NCBI GenBank assembly: GCA_008632985.1
Contig: QPGO01000026.1
Location: forward strand, 496,001-560,000
DNA: 64,000 bases
Direction: 5' to 3'
Source: Psammoneis japonica
Lineage: Eukaryota
Shown: positions 58,101-64,000 of the stretch, piece by piece
How positions within the stretch are numbered: position 1 is the first letter of the stretch
Layout of the letters: every line of letters starts with the position of its first letter
Notes under the pieces: model-generated
Told to the model about the DNA's origin: nothing
The model's database searches: none
What the model saw: only the letters and a program-made list of their open reading frames with translations
Program-made: the position numbers and the translations under genes

Positions 58101-61100
58101 TTGTGCTCACAAGCCATTCCAATGCGTCCGTTCGATCATAAACTGCCGCGAGATGAGTCAGGAGAAGCCCTCCTCTGTCTTTCGCGGAAAGCTGAAGCTC
58201 CCCACAATTCACGGCATCTTCTATTTCGGTCAAAGAATGGCCTTCCTTGATCATGTCGAACTGTCTCCACTCATTCCGTTGCTTCTCTTTTGCACTGTCC
58301 AAAACTGAATTAAAGTCGTTTCTGAAGTGTGTTTTTCCGCCCAGTGATTGAATCTCAAAGCCGAGTCCTGCAATGGTGTCAAGCCACTCTTCGGCTAGAC
58401 GGGACATTCTCTCCGATTGTTTTTTTTATCCCCGAGTTCGCCAATGAAATAAGATTCTCATTTATGACACTGAACATCTTCCGAGCCCATGGATGCCAGA
58501 CCTCTAGACCAAGGTCCTCACGCAGGAAAAGAAAGACATCAGGAAATCTCTCCCAGCAGCTCACGTCGTTTCTGTCCACTAACGCAAGCGTAAGCGCGTA
58601 CAAAATGAATTGAATTTGGTACCCCAGCTTCTCAATCAAACTTTTTAAAACAGTACGCCCTTCGGTGAACCCTCCTAGACAGCCATTGATAGCAGCGACA
58701 GAGAGAGAGCGTTCCAACAACTTTTTTCGATCATCACGTGTGTCAAACTTGGTGTCAATGGTAAGGAAACTCGAAACAGCAGGGTCATTTTCGCGGATGT
58801 ATGTCCAATAGTCAGAATTCGGTGTGTTGCAAGCTCGCAACATCTCTAAGTAATCATCAACGTCGGTTGCTCTTCCACCTACCGCGGCACCCAACATGGC
58901 GGCCATAAGGCGATGAGAAGGCGAGGATTTCAAGGCATATGATTCGCTCTCATCGTGATCCAAAAATAACCCAAGCAGCCTCGAATGCCCTAAAAATGCA
59001 GCAATCCTTACCATCTCAAGCTCCTTCGCTGCATCCCACGGTTGCGCATTGGAAAGGCACCATCGCGTCAATTCGTCGTATCCTTCAATGGCGAGGGCAC
59101 AACATAATCTTGACAATTCAAAGTTCGAGGTTGAGTAGAACTCCGACATGCTGCGTATCGAGTGATTCTCTCCATATTCCAATCCATTTAGACACGAGTC
59201 CATGTTGATCAGTCCGTCCGGCATCAACATCGTCAACGGAGGAACGGGTACGTGAAGAGATTTTGCAGATACAGTCAATTTCTTATGTGCTTGGAGCACT
59301 ACTTCCTTGACGGTGCAAATTTCTGCTGGGTCGCTGCCTCGTTCAAAATGGCCACGAACAATTCTCTCCCCATCATAAACGAGCAGACGCAAGACAGTAG
59401 TTGCAAAGAGTTCGCTCCTGAGTATTGTCAACGTCTTCTTGTCAAACCCGCCGTCACCTGAAAGGTAGGCAAGAAGCGGGTTACTTTCGGATGGGTCGGA
59501 AACGGTGACATTTCGTGCCCAGGGTTCGGCGAGCCATGAAGTAAGAGTCTGACCATCAACAAGCGACTCTAAGATCGCTGCCCGCTGTTCCGAATCAATT
59601 GGTCGCACTCGACGTTCAATCCGCCACGGGTCCTCTCCCCAAAATCTCAGAAAGTCGGAATCGAGCCCGTCTCCGTCCAACTCAGTTGACCAACAAAGTC
59701 TGCAGCAAAGCCAAACACCAAAGTCACGCGATCTGCAACATTCGCTAAGGACATGAGCGTAAGATTTCCCGATGAGACACTGATGGATACTGCTGCGCCA
59801 GATATCGCAATCCTTCCAAGCGTCAATATCCATGCATTTCGAAGCAATAATGTGCTTCTTCGCTTCATCAATGAGCAAAGGCTCCCGGGAAACTATTCGA
59901 AGAAGCTTGTCGATATGCTTTTCCAAGCGGTACGGCTTGGACTTTCCTTTGCCCCATTTCCGCACGAATTCGTAGCTCGACTTTAAAGCATAGAACTCGG
60001 CCGATTTACCATCTCCGTCAAAAGCCGGACAATCAAAGGACAGTAGTATTTCAGCAACAAGAACATGTCCTCTTCCCACTGCCACATGGACTGCGTGAGC
60101 TTTTTCCCAGGGCTTTCGACCACAAACCTTTCCTACAAGTGAGTTCCATGCCTTCTGCGTTTGCAGCCACAAGATGATTTCTAATCTTCCGAAAAATGCA
60201 CTTGCGTGTATCAAGTTCCAGCCATTGATAAAGGTAGACTCGAGTGAAACATTTTTCTCTTCCACCAGCCATTGCAACGACTGCAAATCATCAAACTCAA
60301 CTGCGGCGAAGCAAAGGAAACTCCCGACAGATACTTCGGCTGGGATTCGGCGGCTGTTCAAAAACAGGAGGTCTCGTGCTTTTTTCTTGAATTCAGGATA
60401 TCTGAATGCCTTATGGTGTAGACCTAGGATTATGCGAGAAGCGCTCTCCATCCATCGAAGTACGCCACCTTGTCGGAAGCGAATAACTTCCAGAGCATCT
60501 GGAGGTGAGAGGCGCTTTTCCATCACCAGATACTCCAAAACCTTCAAGCGGTTGTCGAGTGTAGCATCATCTTCGAGAAGAGCGATTTTGTGATTCCAAT
60601 AACTTTCGCTCTCACTATGGCACCTCTTGTCCTTCATTCTTTCATGTTCCTCGTGTACGTGATAAATCCAGGAATGCTTTTTTAGGCAATTGTCAATGTG
60701 ATGGCGAACAATCGACATGTAATAAGGCGCCCTTTTCTCTATAACAGTCACAGGTGGCAAGTTATAGATACGTTCTTTGCCTGCCATGGCCGCTTCAACA
60801 ATGTCCACTTTCCTTTTCGTTGTTTCTTCGGCTTTGTCGGCATCAAATAATTCAGGTTGGCAATATTCGCCGACATCCGCTTGTCGAAGGTAGTAAAACC
60901 GAGAGCAATCTAACTTGCTTTCGTCTACGTCACCAAGTAGGCGAATGAGGCGATAAAAACCTGCTTCAGCAAAGTCAAAGAGGGTTTTCTCGATAATGTC
61001 CGACTGTTCATCAGAGCTCATCAATGGATGGCAGTCTTGCCAGTCCTGGCAAAAACGATAATAACGCCTCGCCCACATGACGCCCTTGTCTTCCTCCCCA

Positions 61101-62545
61101 TAAAGCATTTGTATAAGTTCTTCTTCATTCATACTGGGAGAAATAAACCTCAATTTAGATCGATGCGAGTAAAACTTACGAAACAACAGGAACTCGTCAA
61201 TCATTAGCACCATTCTAGCCTTTTTCAAGGTAACAGCAAGATCTCTAAGAGAATTCAGATCCTTGTCCCGGGACAATTGTGAAATTAACCAAGCCAATCC
61301 ATTACGTGGCGACAAGGCAAGGTCGAGCGCCCTGATATTTTCTGTTCGAATCAAGACATGGAGCCAGGTGTCGTTTTGATCATTCTTTTCAAAAAAGCTA
61401 AAAGTGTCTTTCGCATGGTTGAAATGACGAAGATCAATGTGGGATTCATCCGAGAAGCAGTTAGAAAAACCAGCTATTTGAATAAATTGAGCAGCATGGG
61501 GCGAGGCAGCAATCTGGTGCAAGAAATTGTCGCCCTTTTCATCGCGGACAGCAAACAAGTTGATGGAGAGTTCCTTTTGGATCCACGCAAGCGCACAGTA
61601 GTTTGCGGACTGGATGGCAGCCATAAGGATCAGATCCTGTAAGACGGAAACATCCATGTCAGTAGTCAGATACATGTAATGATCCATGCTGCAACAATTT
61701 TGGCTGATGGCATCTATGAGCCTCTCCCGAGGATTGGCGTCTTTTCGTGCCACATGCTCGTCAGTGTCTTTCAAAATATACCAGGTGCATAGCCTTTTGT
61801 CTTCAGCAACTGTGCATTCGTATGCATAATAGTCATCATGTCGACCTGTGATGTCCACGGCAGTGATGGTTGCCGTCATCCATGCTTGCTTGTTGCTAAG
61901 CTTTGCGTATCGCTTTGGCACAACGACTGCCTTGAGAGCGTCGAAAGTAACCACGTCACCCTTTTTGAACCGAAAGCTACTAGGATGCTCCTTGATACAA
62001 TAATCTGAGTCTTTCAAAGCCGTGACCCAGGGATGCTCTTGAGAGATTTTTTTGTGAGTCACTTTGCACTTGTATGCTGGAGGCATGTTGGCATCGTCTT
62101 CGGACTCGCCCCAACCCTCATATATCGGCCACTGCAAGTTCACGATGCATGGCACCCATCCGTCATCCGTATGACATACGACTCTCTCCCCCACCTCGAA
62201 TCGAAGCGTCCAATTAAGCTGGTCTGGAATTACTTTGTCTTGAATGGGTATTGTCCAGCAGTCTCTTTCTGAATGAGCGAGGGGGGTAATATCAAGCTTG
62301 CCGTCTGATCGGACCTCTTTGATGATACCACGATAGGAGTCTGGGTTTTTCCGATTACTACGATTGTCGAAGAACCATACCCTATCTCCTTCGAACAATT
62401 CTCGTTCCCGATCACTGCCATCAAACTCAGAAGACCATGTCGGCTCTTGTTGCTCTTCAATGATGCGCTCTCGACGCTCCTGTTGACGTTCCTTATGAGC
62501 TTTCTTGCTCGTATCCCTTCCCTTACGTCTGCTCTGTTTTCCCAT
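55180..62545 (-). CDS. TRANK1-like giant protein, copy B, split by a 1-nt insertion in an A8 run (58420-58427) into 1388-aa and 1075-aa ORFs
   Basis: Colinear paralogue of 43238-50584, including the upstream region to ~62785. Copy A reads ATA AAA GAA CAA; copy B reads ATA AAA AAA ACA. No other stop or shift seen in 7.4 kb. Confidence 0.88.
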
Positions 62546-63639
62546 GGTGCGTCTGATGGTTCACAACAGCGCTATGAATAGCACTTTTACCGATAGAAAG
62601 TTAGTTTGCCGATTGCGATTGCGTTGCACCCGTTCGTCATGTTCAGTGTCGTGCTGTTTATTTTGGTCATGCATGCCATGGTCATGGCCGCATCGTTTAG
62701 CGCGCGCCACTCCCGGCTTGGGAGGTCGCGCGCGCGCCCGAATCCGATCGTGGTTGTGTCACTGTTGAGGGGATGAGAACCCGAAAACACGCACCTTTTT
62801 TCTGACACGATTGTTCTTCGCAGATACCATAGGTAGAGTTGCGTCCCAGCGCGTGCAATATTTAATGAGGTTTCTTTTCGTTAATTGATCTGATTAACTT
62901 CTTTCTGAATAAATGTTGCATTATTTAGAAACATGTAACCTAAAGACTGAATACAACATATAGATCTACCTTTCCGCCACCACAGCATTAAATAGATCTC
63001 CTAAGTCTTTTTCGTAATTAAGGAAGTACATTGATTCGTTGTCATGTTCGAATTGCCCGCTTCCGACACTGGAATTCAGCAATCGACGTCCGTCGGACAT
63101 CAAGATTATCCGACGTCGCACACGCACAGGCTCTCACGTGTCTCGTGCTCATAAAACGTAGAAAAAGTCGTCTGACGATGAGGTCAATGATTTATCCGGA
63201 AGGGCTTCTCCGACTTTCTGCTGTGATCTGCGTGGCAGCAGGTGAGAAATAGCTGGGAATGATGATTTGACGACGTTGTGGAGATTTCATTTGTCGACTT
63301 ACAGCTCTTGTTCGTTGTTGTTCGGTCGGCGTGGGAAGCGAGTGACGGGTCTGAGGGGTTCGCATCCAAGGGTGTAAGTACAAGCGAACTGTCTCTCCAC
63401 CAATACCGCGACATATTCAAATTTATAAAACATATAATTTTCTGCTGAACTTTTTCTTGCAGCTTGCAGACCTGGGAGTTGCTAACTATACTACTGCGCG
63501 GGCTTCATCGTTCGAAAGGTTTGCGAGTAATGTCGTGGTGAGTTATTCCGTCATAATGCATGCATTACATAACCGGCATAACCGGAATATTGAATGACGC
63601 TAACTATTCATCATTGGTCATATTGACCTTTGTCTGCAG

Positions 63640-64000
63640 GGCTCTCGTGGAGCTTGTTGCTTCCCTGATGAGGCACGTTGTGTTCAGCTAAAGCCGCGAA
63701 CCTGTGGAGCCAAGGGCGGCCATTTCAAAGGAGAAGGCATCGCGTGTACGTACGATGCATGTCCCGCCTCTTTTGGGGCCTGCTGTTCAAAAGACGGACA
63801 CTGCTCTTTTGTAAAGAAAAAGAATTGTGATGGTGTGTTCCGAGGTTCTTTCACCAAGTGTACCCCAAGGCAAGTGTCCAGGGTCGTCTCCACCCGGCAC
63901 CGCCAAACCTCCCGCTTCGCATGGTACTAAGGGAGCCTGTTGTCTTCAGGAGAACGGAAGATGCTCTATCATCCAGAAGACTTTCTGTGATAGTAGAGGA
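63640..64000 (+). CDS. Exon of a Cys-rich GACC-repeat protein (3'-partial, 1-nt frameshift near 63866); upstream exons at ~63180-63520 unresolved
   Basis: After acceptor TCTGCAG: GACCFPDEARCVQLKPRTCGAKGGHFKGEGIACTYDACP, then GACCSKDGHCSFVKKKNCDGVFRGSFTKC, then in a shifted frame GACCLQENGRCSIIQKTFCDSRG. Not present in the ORF track. Confidence 0.7.

Overview
This is eukaryotic nuclear DNA, almost certainly from a diatom: it has short GT-AG introns, a cpn20 gene with a bipartite signal peptide plus 'A-WVAP' plastid-targeting motif, and diatom-type transposons. The window alternates between two sequence states. Normal-composition islands carry a TSP3-repeat protein (partial), plastid cpn20, a RecD2-like helicase, a membrane protein, a PhoX phosphatase with a Pro/Thr stalk, a GNAT-like protein, two tandem copies of a giant ankyrin/IQ/RelE-like/UvrD-helicase (TRANK1-like) gene, and a GACC Cys-repeat gene (partial). 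Four domains (~1230-3830, ~8270-10045, ~15600-41700, ~50760-55030) are almost devoid of TpA, and often of CpG. They hold wrecked CRE-type retroelements, MULE, Harbinger and Plavaka transposons, repeats and dead gene copies. The main result is that conserved Tyr codons in these domains have become His or Cys (YADD->HADD, WYHDH->WCHDH), and paired copies inside the window differ by TA->TG/CA. This points to a domain-restricted, RIP-like but opposite-direction A:T->G:C hypermutation at TpA. A young 4-bp-TSD MITE appears to be caught at an early stage of the process. Most short ORFs in the track are artefacts of TAA/TAG loss. All family assignments come from motif recognition by eye; no searches were run.
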